Assembly: GCA_028534125.1 (NCBI GenBank)
Contig: CM052816.1
Location: 63,800,001 to 63,864,000, forward strand
Direction: 5' to 3'
DNA: 64,000 nt
DNA from: Lama glama
Lineage: Eukaryota
In this document: positions 37,041 to 50,925 of the stretch, piece after piece
Layout: every line of letters begins with the position of its first letter
Position numbering within the stretch: the first letter of the stretch is position 1
Notes under the pieces: model-generated
Seen by the model: the letters and a program-made list of their open reading frames with translations, nothing else
The model's database searches: none
Told to the model about the DNA's origin: nothing
Position numbers and translations under genes: made by a program

Positions 37041-39999
37041 TGCCATTATAGAGTCATTTGCATGCATGGAAATGACACAATATAAACTTGTATGCATAAA
37101 AAACTTTTTTAAATGTCATGGGGATTTCTACGAAAAGAATGTAATAAACACTAAAGACACACAGGCCACATTGTTTAGTCTGCGCCTTGCTAAAGCACAT
37201 GTCCTGCTGGAGTCACCCAGTTCAAAGAGTGTTACTCATGACTGACTCCAGTCTAGTTCCCCTTTAAAGTGCCTGCTTGGCTTGCTGATGTGGAATCAGC
37301 ATCTTCTGTGTTACCTACTTACTGTCTGCATGCAGTCTCTTTTCTCTCTCTCTCTTTTATTTTTTTCTTTCCCTTTTTCTCCTGGCTTTCTCTTTTGAAG
37401 CCAGCCACCAGTTTAAATAAAGCTGGATGTGGTTGAGGGCTGACAGGAGCAATAGCCAACCCTCTTTCAACAGCTTCAGAATTGGCTCGATAAGAATGAA
37501 ATGAGAGGGATGTGAATCAAGGCAGAAAACAGGGAGCAGGCGCAGGTTTAAAGAAAAACCAGCCCTTCCAGCCCGTCCCCATTCCCTGGATGTGTGCTGT
37601 GAAGACCTTGTCTGCATCTAGCAGGCCTGCCAAACTCTGTCAGAGCCACTACATGGGCATCTACCTCTGTTGTCACCCTTCATACCAGGCACTGTGAGGT
37701 ATCGGAGATTCTGTTTGTAATAGTCAAAGTAGCTTAGAATGTTTGCTCTCTCTCTCTCGGGGACCGATTTTTTTCGTATTTTTTTAAAACAAGTTCTCAG
37801 TCACCACTTTGCTTAACCTCATTTCCAATGTTGGTTTTCTTCTTGCTGGAGATGAGCAACACAAGCTTGAATTAAAACTGGTGTAACAGCATAAGTTAAT
37901 TGGAGTCTGAAAGGATCAGGACACTTGAAGCCTGGCTTGATAAACCCCCACAGGGTTTGGAAATGAGTCTGATGGGAACCAAAAAACAAAAAACCTGGTT
38001 TCCATTGCCCCAGGGACCTATTTACCAACTTTCTATAGTAATCCCTGGACTATAAGTGAATGCTTAGTTTTAAATAAACTATGTTTATGCCTCCGCTTTA
38101 CATAATACTATTGTAAGAAGGGTGATTACATGAAGAAATGCAAAAGAAAAAATTTATAGCCTTTCTAGCCACTAGCGTAAGCTGTAATAGACTAGGAGAA
38201 AGTAAGGAGGCTGTTTTGTTTTTCTTGCTTGAACTGACATATATTTATGTTTTACTTTTTTTCATTTAAATATATCAAAAAGTGTTATACCACTTTTTAG
38301 CCTTGTCTAAGGCACCCTTCCTGCTTTTGAAAATCATTTCTAAAACCTGTTTTCCTGAAAAAAAATGTTTCTCACTAAAGAGAAAGCCTTATAAGCTTCA
38401 AGCAGTAAGAAATTTGACAAGAAGCATATTGGAGGCTATCACAACATGAACAGGCACTACCAGCCAGGGCTGCTGGGTAATGGGAAACAGAACTGTTAAC
38501 CTTTAGTCTATCAGCTGAAATTTGGCTCTGGATATAATGACACAAAGTCATTACCCTCTGAAGGTCCATGGTCTTTGGGGAAAATGAGTGTATAGTGGTT
38601 TCAGCTCCGTCTCTAACAGCCCAGCATCTCCATCAGACTGGCTGCCATTACAATTAGGGTTAATTGTCACAAATGCCGCCAAGAACCAGGATTGAATGAG
38701 ATGGGAGAGTGAACTACTTTGCCTGTACTACTAAAGGGGGTCCCTGAGCAACTAAGGACTGTTCTCCTAGGCTGTTGCAAACCTGTTTTGGAAATTCAGA
38801 GAAAATGAATGGAAGGTGTGAAAATGTCTATTCATATGTTCAGTCACAAAGTCTTGCTTTTCACACAGAATAACACTTTAATAGAAGGTGTCATTTTAAA
38901 TTATGTTTGATTAAAGTCCTATCTGTGTTGGGTCCACAGAAGAGGAAATCAGCTATTCCATTTCCAGTGAGATTCAAGTATCTCCTTTGGAGGGTACCAT
39001 TAAGTCTGAGTTCTTTCAGATGGTAGATTTATTTAAAAAATTGCTTATCCAGGCAACAAGAAGTCAATGCTTTCTCTTCAAAAGGGCATCATCCATTGGA
39101 GAGTTTTAAAAATTGACTTTAGTTGGACATTTTAGAGGCATGGTTTGTTCTTTTCCTTGCTTACTGTAGGTTGTATTTAAGCCTCAAATAGCAACAATGG
39201 TGTAGTTTTAGAATAAAAGAGGCAACTAAATATAAACAGTAGATAGAAGTAACTGCAGACTCTTTCTTCACATATTTATAAAAGATATTTCCTTCTCTTT
39301 GACCTTATCCTAAATACCATGAGGGATCTTGGATAACTTCTCTTCCGATTGATGTTTCTAAATTGGTGACATGCAATTACGTTCTCCACATTCACACTGC
39401 TGAATAAGCTGAATTTTAAAATTACACACTTGTAGCTGGTTGAAGTCTTCTCTAAGTATAAAATGGATGTTAAGTGTCTTGAGAGTTGATTTCAAGATGT
39501 TTAATTCTTTGCTCTTCTGACAGGCAAAACTAGTCTTACTGGAAAACTCTTAAGAAGGATTACTGCTATGTGAACCATTTTCTGATCTTTGGGATTTTCC
39601 CTTGATTAGATTGCATATTCTTGTTCCAGTGTCATGGGGGTGAACTCTAACCAATATAGGAAATCTGGCAACGCTTACAGTCCAAGAACCAGAGACTTAG
39701 AATTTGAAAGTAGCCAGATAACGGGTGACGGGGTGGGTGGGAATCTGTGATGTCGGTAACATGCTTGGTGATCTCATTAATTTTTAGGTTATCTGTAAGA
39801 CAGTCCAATATAATTGGGTAAATTCCAAAATGTATAATACAAGGGCTTAAGAAATAGCAGAAATTGAGTTATTCAGGTGTTTTTTTTCAAGCCGCCCAGT
39901 TATACAAAGTGAAATCATCACTTGGAGACCTGTTGGAAAGTGACTTGAACTCCCATATCTTACCTATAACACGTTGGCCAGGGTGAAACTGACTGGGAC

Positions 40000-41030
40000 T
40001 TAAAGAGGTGGTGATATCAATGAGAGTAGCCATACTGATCCCAAGATATACAAACAGATCCACAGAAGGGAGTGAGTCAGGGGCTCAGCAGGCAAGTGAG
40101 GCTGGAGGGAAGCCTTGGATTGGAAGGCTATAGAGATACAGGAAATAGAGATGCCATAGACTCGGGCAAGTTCATCCATAAAGCACACAGGAAGGAGGGA
40201 GACCAGAGGGCTGACAGTGAGCCCTGAGGCACAGCAGTATTTTAGGGAAGAGCCAAAGAACCCATGAAGGAAGTTGAGAGAGCAGCCATATGAGGGCAAA
40301 GAATTAAGAGAGTAAAGTGTCCCTGAAACAAAAAAGCTGAAACCAAAGCAAAATAGTTTCAAGCAGTAAGATGCAATCTACAGTGTCAGAGCTGCAGAGA
40401 AGCAAGATAAGGATGGAAGCTGTCCATTAGATGTTCCAACAGTGAGGCCATTAGTGACCCTCGGGCTGGAAAAGCAGCGTCTGTGGTGCAGTGGGGCAGA
40501 AGGCACGCTACAGAGTGTTAGAAATTAGTGGAAGGATGGAGGCTTGGCTGTGAAAGGAAATAAAAAATAAGGAGATAATCTGAGTGGTATTTGGGATTTG
40601 AAATGTTTACACATTTGTTAACTATTATATTTTAAGGAACTGAGAGGCCTGAGGTTTGTGTTTATAGTAGCAAAAGGGGAGGTTGAATGGACAGAAAGGG
40701 GAGTCAGGGACTGATGGAGGGAGCCCTGGAGGGAGTAGAGTAGTTAAGGCTGTGACTGATGAAGGGAGGAGCCCCAGAGGTTCCCCAGAAGGAACACTTA
40801 ACCCATTGCCTGGACTGATTGGAGGGAGGAGACAGTATAAGTTTAGATACATTTGTGGGAGAAGATAGAAGAGGGGAGTCCTATGCTGAACTTTTTTTTT
40901 TTTCCTGAAAAGAGAAGTTATGGTTTCTGAAGAAAATGGGGAGAAACTGGGAGGGAAGGAGGTTTTAAAGGAGGTTGAGATCAGTGATCACCACCAAGGG
41001 AAATGGGAGAGAAACTAACTAGACAGATGG
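40000..41030 (-). mobile_element. L2 LINE fragments
   Basis: 'gagccctgaggcacagcagtatttt...cagtgtcagagctgcagaga...tgtccattagatgttccaacagtgaggccattagtgacc'. Confidence 0.75.
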
Positions 41031-44000
41031 AGGGAAGGGCTTTTATTTGAGTAGTGTGTCTATGGCCAAATCAGCTAATTTGATTGTAGATATTGATGTC
41101 AATTAACTTTATTTTGTTTTCCACATTGTGTCACAAATGTGTGTTGCTGAACAAAAGAGAGAAGCAGACAAAAGACTAGGGAAGGGTCTAGAGCATTTGG
41201 GAGGAGGAGGCGAGCAGGTAAAAGACAAAAAAAAATAGCTTAAGATGGTATTTTTCATCCTAATGATATTCAGCATGCATATCTTCCTCTGGCAAATCAT
41301 TAGTTTCATCTTGTATTTGAAGCACAGTTTATGGTCATCAGTGTAGTTGGACTTTCTATCAAGATAAGAACTGCTCCTCTAATTTAGCAAAGCTAAATTG
41401 TCATATATCCCAAAATATGTAGTTCTTCCCTGCACCCCTCACCCCAGGCCAAATCTCTCATAAAAAAAAAAAATCACTCTTACCATTTTGATTTTGGTGA
41501 CCAAGTAAACTTGATTATTACATGATTCTTACTCACTTTGGTACTTATAGTATTAATAGGATATTTTAATGTTTTTGGCTAAATTTGAATCTTTGTTAGA
41601 ATTTTTGTGTATTTTCAATTCTTAGGGTCTTTTTTTTAATGTTATTGTGGTGGAGGGATTTCAATTTTCTTTACTTAGGAGAGTGACTCATGAGAACTTC
41701 TCTTTCCTTCTAAAAGCCTTTGTCCTGTGGCTAACACTACTTATATTTTCAATTTTTACATGTGCTCTTTAAATTTTCTGGAAGGCCCAAGTGTCTTTAA
41801 AAACAAAAGCAAAAACAAAGACAAATCAAACTGTTTTCCTATTTTCTCTTCTTTATACAATCTTGGTACTAGAAACGCATTTACACCAATGCTGGATTAA
41901 GTTTTCTAACGGTTTAAGTTCTTACTCTCAAGATAAAGTACGGAAAGTGGCATTGAACTAATCCATTCTTCAAAACATCTTAACATTATAAGCAGAACAA
42001 AGTGGTACAAAATGTATTCAGCCTCACGGATTTCTCTAGATTGTAACCAGAATAGAAAATGGCAGAATGTATTAATTCCTAAGATAAAATTATAATGAGA
42101 ACAGAAAATGGTGCGAGATGAATTAATGTAGTGGCAGGCTTCCGTCTGCAGAGCACGACACTCTCTAAATACCACATTGCAGCTCTTTGTCGTCAGCTTC
42201 TCTCCTGTAATCTATATTTTAAAGATGCTCTAAAGATAAAGCTAGACTATATTCTCATCTCCGGGAGCACTGCCACAGTGCTCTGGACATGAAGTGGCCC
42301 CAGGGAAACGGTGAATAGACTTACCTTGCAGGAACAAAGGAGATTTGAGTTAGATAGCAGGGAGATTTTTATTACTGCAAACTTATACTGACATGCTTCC
42401 TTCAAGAGCAGATCATCTTTAAGTCGGGCACTCCAAGGAAAACTTAGTTGAAGAGGTTGTGGTTGTAAGAGAACAATTTGCTCTTTGTCAAAAAAAGAAA
42501 GGTCACATTTTACAAGGTATAAAGAATTACCTGGTGTTCTCTGTCATTGCTGCTTGGGGGTCCAGTCTTTAAGCCGGAATTGATCACCTTTTGTCTGGGT
42601 TCACTTTCAAATGGATACTGTTCAAAGTGTTTGTCTGAGGCTAGATTATCTTTTCCAGTATCTTTTATCCATATTTTAAATATACTTATTAATAGACCTA
42701 GTGTGAATTTCGAAGAGAGTTAGTAAATGCAGATGAATATTATAGTAACGTACCTGCAGTGTCATTCAGATGCATATTTTTAGAAGCTTTGTACTGTTCA
42801 ATGAAGGCAAATGTGTCCCAAAAATAAGCAATTGAGATTCACAGCTTCAAACACTTCAAAGGTGACTGTGACTCCAGAAGCCACAGTGGAAAACCTCGAG
42901 TGGCTGTACTTGTACTTTGAAAGGTTTAATAATGCTTGTCCCACATAGCTTTGCATCCTCCCAAACCTGATCTGATTGCAAATTTATAATCAGGAAATCT
43001 GGTCTTTGAATCAGAACAGCTTTGTCTATTTGATGGGCAGCAATATTGCTTTTGTTTTGAATTTTCATGATGCAGGAAATTTGAATCCAAATTTTTCCCT
43101 CTGTGCATTAATACTGCTGCACAGGGCATGGCTAGGTTATCTAAACTATGAATTGGAGTTTTTAATAACATCGGAGTAAGGCATTAGCAGTACTGTCTTA
43201 TCATGGCTTGTTGTGATTTCAGAAGAAACCTGCTAACTATGTGATAGTAAGCAAGAGTAAATTGTGAATTACCAGAATGTGCCAATCCTAAATGACATTG
43301 TAACCCAGGATTAAGCACTTTTTATTTATTTTCTCTTTTCACAAACTAGCTGCCAAGACCCGTCTGTAACATAACCTGGTGATGGTGACTGTAGCTTTCC
43401 TGGGGATAATTCTTACCTTACTACCACCACCTTCAGCCCTGCCTTGCACAGTCAGGCATCCTTACCTTTGATGTACCTTGGAAATAAAGCTGTGTATTTC
43501 TTCTCAGCCCTGTCTGTAAAGATTTAACCAATGGTATGGTGGCCCTTTAATCTTTCATTAAAAGAGAGACTCAGAGAATAGATTGCCTTAAGTTTTGAGA
43601 AATTAAAACCTTTTAAGCAAATAGTGTTTTGGGGCTTGCATTCTGAGAACTGGAGTAAATCAAGCAGCCTCTTTCTGGAGAAATTTAACCTAAAATTTAT
43701 TTTCCTCACTGTGTGCATGGCCAGGGCATGTGACATTTGCACTTTCTTTTGAAACCGTAATAAGTGGAATGAAAACCCCATGATTAAGCATTTAACATAA
43801 AATTAAAGGGCCACAGTTATTCATTAGGAAAGTGCTATGTACCCAGAATTCAATCAGATTTCAAATAGATGTGTTTCTTTCTATACAAATTGCATTTCGT
43901 AGATGCAACATTTCTGCCTATCCTCACATTTTTTCAGGCATGGTGTACAATATTTTATTCACATTTGCAGTATTTTAGGGTGGGATGACAACTTTTGGCA

Positions 44001-44199
44001 ATTTTAGCATGGTCTGGACTTTCTATACCCTTCAGGAATTCCAATTCTCCTTTGCTCACCTGAGTTTCTTTAGGCTGAACAGAGAGTGGTCTATAATAGG
44101 CATGAAGTGACTGCAATAAATTGGCCTGTCTGCACACAGCTTACAGTCTACAAGGGAAAGCACAATTCAGAGACAGACCTTTGTGCATATAGGAACTTT

Positions 44200-45575
44200 G
44201 TATGTGCAATAAAAGAGCATATATAAACATTTAAAGAGCTATAAAAATTTAACAGGAAAGGTTGAATATTTGGAAACAGAGTTCAGTGTATATCCTAATC
44301 TTGTACTACAGTCCTACAGTCCGTGATACATCCCAGGAAGATTAAAACAAAACTCAGAGAGAGAAAACACAAGGTGAGTATTTATCTGTACTTTGTATGG
44401 GAAAGGATGGTCTACATTTGAAAACAGGAGAAAAGTAATACAGGGAAAGAAAATAAACTCAAATAATTTTTAAAAACTCAATTAAAATAAATACAATTAA
44501 GAGACAGACAAGAAACAGGAAGAGAATTTGCCACAATAATGAACAAGGTCCAGACTACTTATTATATCAAGAACTCACGCAAATCAACATGCAGACAAGA
44601 CCACAACAAGTAAACAGACAAAGGGGACAGATAAATACAAAAGATGGACATCAAGGATCCAAAGTGAAAAAAGCATTTAACATCACAAATGTGCAAATAA
44701 CTACAAAGTAAAGCCATAGTAAGTTACACTAAGGAGCAAAGATGACAACAGAGCTAGTATCTGTTGATGGCACAAGTAGGATGGGACGGGCGCTTTGTAC
44801 CCTGTTGGTGAGAGTGGGCATTGACAGGGCCTTTCTGCACAACAGTTTGATACATATCAAGAGCCTTAAAAATGTTGCATTCTTTGTATCCACAATATGT
44901 TGCTAGGTGAAAAAGGCAGCTTGCAAAGCACTTTTTAATAATGTGATCCCACTGTTTTCTTTAGAAAGAAGGGAAGAAAGGAAGGATGTAAGCAAGAAAA
45001 GATAGAAGGAAAGAAAGAAAAGAAAGAAGGAGGAATTGTGTGTGTGCGCAGAGACAGTGATAATTTTGTTTTCTTTTTTTAAATGTCAGGGTGTTTTATT
45101 TGTTTTTATGATGAGTCTGTATTGCAATCAGAAAAGGAAATAAAGTTATTCTTAAAAAGAGGAAGAAATTCATAAAAAATGTTCACATCCTTTGACCCAC
45201 TAGTTCCCCATTTAGAAAATCATCCAAAAGAAAAGGCAAAAATGTAGACAAAGATTTATGTACAAATATGTGGTTACAAATGAAAACAACATCAGGAGAC
45301 TGTTCAAATAAATTCTGGAACATCCAAAAGATCGACTGTTTTGCAGCTGTTATAAATTATATGTCAGAAGGATTTTCAGTGATATGGTAGAATACATTTG
45401 ACAAATTTTAAGCAAACAGAATGAAACAAAATAGGATATGAATTTGTATACAAAGAATGATCCTGACCTCATAAAAATGTGAAAAGGACTAGGAAAAAAT
45501 ACACCAAAATGTTAATGGTGTTTGCTCCTGGGTACATTAATTGAGGAGGACTTTTGTTTTCTTCGTCATCTTTTG
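44200..45575 (+). mobile_element. Old L1 (L1ME-like) ORF2-end/3' UTR fragments
   Basis: 'aagagacagacaagaaacaggaagagaatttgccaca', 'catatcaagagccttaaaaatg', 'cacatcctttgacccactagttccc...agaaaatcatccaaaag', 'aatacaccaaaatgttaatggtg'. Confidence 0.75.
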
Positions 45576-48049
45576 CTATGCTTTAAAAAAAATTACTGCG
45601 TTGAAAGGTAGGAAAAAACCCCCTAGAGCTCTCAACCTTCCAAAATAAGCTCTTTATGCTATACCAGAGTATAACAGCTTTCTTTAATAAAGAGCTTTCC
45701 TTTACCAGAAAAGATAAAGAAAGGAAAGGGACCGTGAAACCTGCGTGCTGTTGGAGAAATGAAATTTCTCCCAGTAAGCAGCAGGCATCAGTGTTTTCCA
45801 CCTGCTTTGTCCAGTGACACACTAGCTAGTCCATTATTTAGAATGACATTCTGTACCACTAAAAACAAGCAGCCAATAGTCCATACTTGAGGGAGTGTCA
45901 TTTCTAGAAACACAACATCCAGAAGGTCTGCTTTCCATAAATGATGTGCTAACTCTCAGAAGCAAGGATGCGTGGGCACCACCACGTGCAGTACCTTGGA
46001 TGGCTGCATCACTGGGTGCATTGAGTAATCACTAGATAAACATCTGAATGCCAATTGCAAAAAGATACTCCTGTGGGTAGTAAAAAAAATGTTCTCTGTT
46101 TGCAAGTCGAGGCTTACCCCTGTGTTTTGGAGATACCTGAATTGGTTTGGCTCTTTTCCAATTACAATCTGTTTGTAATCACCCAGGGTCTGTAACATCA
46201 AGCAGTGTTATGAGGGAATTAATTCTTTCTATGTGACAGTTGTTAGTGTAATTCATGTCCTTGTTTTTAATTGCTGGATCAAATTACTTTGTAGATTATT
46301 TCATATTTCATCCCAAGAGAAAGAAATAGGAAAGACGCACAGTGCCTGTGGTGACTTATTTGTTTAGTCTAGCTAGGAAAAAAAAAAGCAGAATTAAAAA
46401 GATTGACTTTCTAAACAAAATGGCTCTTCTCTATCCTTAGAGTATATTTTGGATGATTTTAGATGGAAAGTTGGACTGAGTACATTCTTTCTGTTTAAAC
46501 ACTACGAACTAAGTTTATTTTTATAACAGTTTTGCCAAAATAATGGCCATAAAGTTCACAAAGCAATATTTCCTAATAAATACCTTGAAAGGATTTACAA
46601 TTCAATGTACTTTCATTAAAAGAAGCACCTTGAAGATAAGAAATTAATGAGATTTAGAATAATTTATTAAGGAACACCTAATAGACTCTCGGGAGATTCA
46701 AATGTCAAGATGTTTTAAAAAAACACAAAAGAAACAGCAAATGCAAATTATATTTGGGGGAAAAAAAGACAAAGAGTATTTGAAAAATCTTATAAATGTT
46801 TGTTTTTGCAGCACTGAAATTTAATTCTTGTATTTGAATACATACTCAGTGGACATTTCATCCAGTTTTGAGCCATAGCCACTAAATGCTTTTCACTCTA
46901 AAGTCTGGAATCTCAGAAAGAATCAGCAACTATTTCTTAAGTGTCTTATGAGTTGAGCATTTACTTGTAGGTTTATAGGGGAGTGAAAGCCCGGACAAGA
47001 CAAGCTCACATAACTGAAAAGCTATAGAGGAAACTCATTGTTCTACTCATTTCCACTTTGTGATTTGAGTTGAGTTGAACAAAATGTATTTTTAACAATG
47101 GGACGCTTGAAATGAACTGTTGCTGTAACTGTCCAAGGCTAGGCAACATTTGTGAAGCCTCGTAAATAGTCATATTATAAAGCAGATCTGAATGATAATC
47201 TAAAGAGGTATTATAGATCAGTGATCACTTAAAAGCAAGCAGCAGGGAAATTGATAAATACTGCCTGGCTGCCTGGCAATTAAAAAACCCAGTCATCATT
47301 AGAGCAGAAGCTGGAACTTGCTGATTGCTGGGAAATTATGGCAACAGACAAATGAACAGGTCCACTTACTTAGGGCAAAGGTACCTTGTGGTTCAGGTAA
47401 CAAGGTACTGTCAACATGGAAAGGTCCTTGAAAAAGGAGCCGAACCTGCCATCCCCCAAAACAGAAGACATATATTTATAGACACAGTGTTGAAAAGCTG
47501 GCAGCCCTAAATCAGTTTTCTCCGCCAGAGTGCTGAATGTATTATCGTCACCGTCATCTTTGAAAAGGGAAAAGAGATAACCATAAAAATAGATGTCTTT
47601 TCCACTACTGGTATTAAAAAATTATTACAAAGAACTCCTGTGGTCACTTATGTCTCTCATTAAAAACCCAGTCCTTTCTAGTCTATTATAGAAAACCAAG
47701 ACAGTTATATTAGTTAACCATGGCTTCTATGGTTCTTACTTAAAATATGTTGTTTGTTTGCCTATGTGTTGATCAAAAGAAGCAAGTTACCTGTTACCTA
47801 CAGGCTCGGTTGTTGGATATCTGTGGGTTTTCTACTTGGGCCTCTGTAAAGCATGTCTCCATTGCTGAACGGGCTCAAATGCATGTAAATAAGTCTCTTT
47901 AGGAAGACAAGGGGAAGGCATGGAGTTGCAAGGACTGAATGTGGGGAGGATACTGTATCACCTTTGTGCTTCATACCAAGTTCATTTTCAGTGGAACAGA
48001 AAACCATCTGACAACTTAAGGGCTGCTCATTTGTAATGATAACTTACCT

Positions 48050-48245
48050 ATATACAACGCATTAATATTTGTAAGGCTAACTGACATACTCATAACATCT
48101 CTGTGAAGTATGTGTTATTATCCCCCTTTATAAAAGGAGATTGAGGCTCAGAGGAATTTGGGGCTTGTCCACGGTACCAGAAGTGGAGCTTCAGTTCCAC
48201 CAGTTACAACTCAGATTTTCTGATTCTAGCTTCTAATGCCCTTCC
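48050..48245 (-). mobile_element. MIR SINE
   Basis: 'ctcataacatctctgtgaagta...ttattatcccccttta...gagattgaggctcagagg'. Confidence 0.75.
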
Positions 48246-48715
48246 CCCACTTTTAGCTGTAGTTAAAACATTGTTTACCCCAGTTTGATCTAAATGAAAA
48301 CCTGCAGAAGAAAGTCAAGGCCAGACCTGTTATTCTTCCTAGGGCTGTCTTTATCAAACATTCATGGTTCAAATAAACAAGAGAATTATTTAAGAATGAT
48401 TACGTGGCAACATTAGAAAGAGAATACCTGCATACTTGCAGGTGGGTCAACCTGCATGCTTGATGAAGCAACTGTGAACTCAGAACTAGAGGAGCTGTAG
48501 GTATCAAGAAGATGGTAAGTTAATACTCCCTAGATCATCATCATATGATTAAAATATAAAATCATGAGTAAAAGGAGAGTCAATGAAAGAGGTGGCCACC
48601 ATATACAGATTATTTTTGTATACGTGCTCCAAAAGGAGAGTCTTTATTTCAAAGTACTGTTGTAACAATCAGTTATTTCTAGATCTTTACTATAAGATTT
48701 CACATAAAGATGGAC

Positions 48716-49055
48716 TTTGTATTGATTATCTTTTGCTATGTAACCCATTCAATGCTTAGTAGTTTAGAACAACTTCTGTTTAATTTATGGAACAATTTCG
48801 TGGGTTGGCTGGGATAACTGGGATAATCTGAAGTGACTCTTTTGATTAGGGTCAGCTTAGTTGGGGCTGGATGGTCTAGGATGGCCTAATGTTTCCCATT
48901 CTTGGGAGATTGGTCTACAGGGGTCTCGGTTGCATGGCTTGTCTCAGCTCACCCTTTAGTAGGCCTGCATAGATTTCTCTTCATATTAGCCTCAAAGTTC
49001 CAAAATGAGAGAAAGAGGGGGGAGTCCTAATATGGAAATGCTTTCCAAGACTACA
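48716..49055 (-). mobile_element. MaLR LTR fragment (MLT1F-H-like)
   Basis: 'tgtattgattatcttttgctatgtaacc...cttagtagtttagaacaac...ggggctggatggtctaggatggcct'. Confidence 0.65.
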
Positions 49056-49099
49056 CTGGCAATGCGCTTACTAGGGGACTGGGGAGGTTTGTTTGGGAA

Positions 49100-49495
49100 T
49101 AGAAGGTTTTGTAGGAGTAGTTCGACAGACTGAAGAAGAGTTGGGGTCCAGAGTGGAGGAAGGGAGTTGTTAGGTTTGAACCCCAAAGGAGTCTGAAGAG
49201 AGAGTATCCGGTCCATTTCAGGAACTGAAACACTTTTGCTAGGGCTGAAACATGAGGAAGGTGATAGGGAGTTGCAAGAGGTTAAGCCAGAGAGGAAGGC
49301 AAGGGATATATGATGGAGAGGATTGAAGCTATATTTTAGGGACAACGGGAAACCATTTAAGGAATTTGAATAGAGATATAATAAAATCAGGCTAATGCTC
49401 TAGGAGAACCACTTCAGCTATAATTGAAACTTTGATTAGAGGGAGCAAAACTGCAGTAAAAGAGACGAGTTAGATAGAAGGCTGTTGCAGCAACT
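49100..49495 (-). mobile_element. L2 fragment
   Basis: 'gggaaaccatttaaggaatttgaatagag...aaatcagg...gagacgagttagatagaaggctgttgcag'. Confidence 0.65.
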
Positions 49496-49496
49496 T

Positions 49497-50280
49497 CTTG
49501 CCTTAATGTCTACTTTTGTCATATTGGTTTAGCTATCTCAGCCTTTTTTTTTCCACATTCAGTTATTGTTTTCATGGTCTATCTTTTTTCAACCTTTTCC
49601 TTCCAACCTATCTATACCTTTAAGGCATATCAGATAAGCAACATGTAATTTGGTTTAATATTTTATCAAGCTTGACAATATTTTTTAATTGGAATATTAA
49701 ACCTATTCACCATTAATGCAATTTAATGATATATTTGGTTTAAATTTACTATCTTACTGGTTTTGTCCCATCTGTTCTTTGTTCCTTTTATTCCCCTTTC
49801 TTGCACATTTTGGATTAATTGAGTAGGTTTTATTGTATCTCACTCTCTAATATATTGTTAATTATATACATTTTATTATTCTTTTAGTGGTTACCTAGAT
49901 ATTACAGCTTGCATCCTTGACTTACTAGAGTTCCTTTTAAATTAGTACTTTTGTAACAAATACAATGCAAAGAATTTATGAAACTTTAACTTGTACACAT
50001 ATTTTTAATTATACAAGATTTTTTATTGTTGTTCAGTCAATGTTATCCAGATTTATCCATTTTTAACCTTTTATGTTCTTGCTATTTCTTCCTGTATTCT
50101 GTGCTTCCATCTGGGATCATGAAGAATCTCTTTAGAATTTCTTTCGTATAGGTCTGATGGTTGTTAAGTTCTGTCAGTTTTGTCTTTCTGAATATACCTT
50201 ATTTGGCTTTTATTTTTCAAAGATATTTTTGTTGAGTAGAGAATTTTAGATTGTTTCCTATTTTCTTTTAAAGATGTGCT
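49497..50280 (-). mobile_element. Old L1M fragment (antisense)
   Basis: T-rich L1 antisense: 'cttgccttaatgtctacttttgtcatatt...gctatctcagcc', 'ttttaattggaatattaaacctattcac', 'cttccatctgggatcat', 'aagatatttttgttgagtagagaattttagattg'. Confidence 0.85.
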
Positions 50281-50559
50281 TTCTGCTGGAGATGCTGTGC
50301 AAGGCAGGAAGAGGGGGCAACATCTTGGCTTCTCATTGCCTTCCTCTCTTATCTCCTGCAATGCCTTCAATCACCTGAACCCAGCCAGCAGGCATAGGAG
50401 TCCTGGAGACAGAACCTGATGGCTTCAGGCCTCAGTCCTTTTGTGATAGATCCAGAACATAGGGAAGGCAAGGAATGGGTCTAAAGGCAAGGAGGATGCA
50501 GACATTTATGAAGTGTTTACTTTGTACCATGCACCATGCTAATCATATTACATGAATAC

Positions 50560-50925
50560 TAGTGAGTTCATGAAGGTAGACTACGTTATGCTGCAATCTG
50601 AAAGAACAAATAAAAACCCCAGTGGCTTAATGAACACAAAAGTTTATTTCTTACTCACATTATTTGCCCAAAAGAGGCTGGTAGTGGGCTTTGCTCCACA
50701 CGCAGGGACCTACACCGATGGCTACGTCATCTGGAATGTGTCACGTTTTGCGCTGCCACAGAAAGGAAGAGAGTCTGGAGAATTACGTGCCTAGGTTCTT
50801 AGCTTCTCCTCACAGCCAGCTCAACAGTACCAGCCATGTGGCCCCACCTAACTAACTATCCCGGTGCTAACAAATGTTGAGAAGCACATGGAATATTTCG
50901 TGAGTGTCACCATCTTTGCTACCCA
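50560..50925 (-). mobile_element. MaLR LTR (MLT1J/K-like)
   Basis: 'aggtagactacgttatgctgca...cagtggcttaatgaacacaaaagtttatttcttactcac...ccatgtggccccacctaact'. Confidence 0.75.

Noticed and set aside
42266..42284. 8-bp inverted repeat gagcactg-cca-cagtgctc
   Set aside because: A stem this short is expected by chance in 64 kb
42856..43179. Three overlapping ORFs on both strands
   Set aside because: Short, with no recognisable domain and no consistent splice signals
44320..44373. 54-nt exon-like segment with an AAG|gtgagt donor
   Set aside because: It lies inside an old L1ME fragment; the donor derives from L1 sequence
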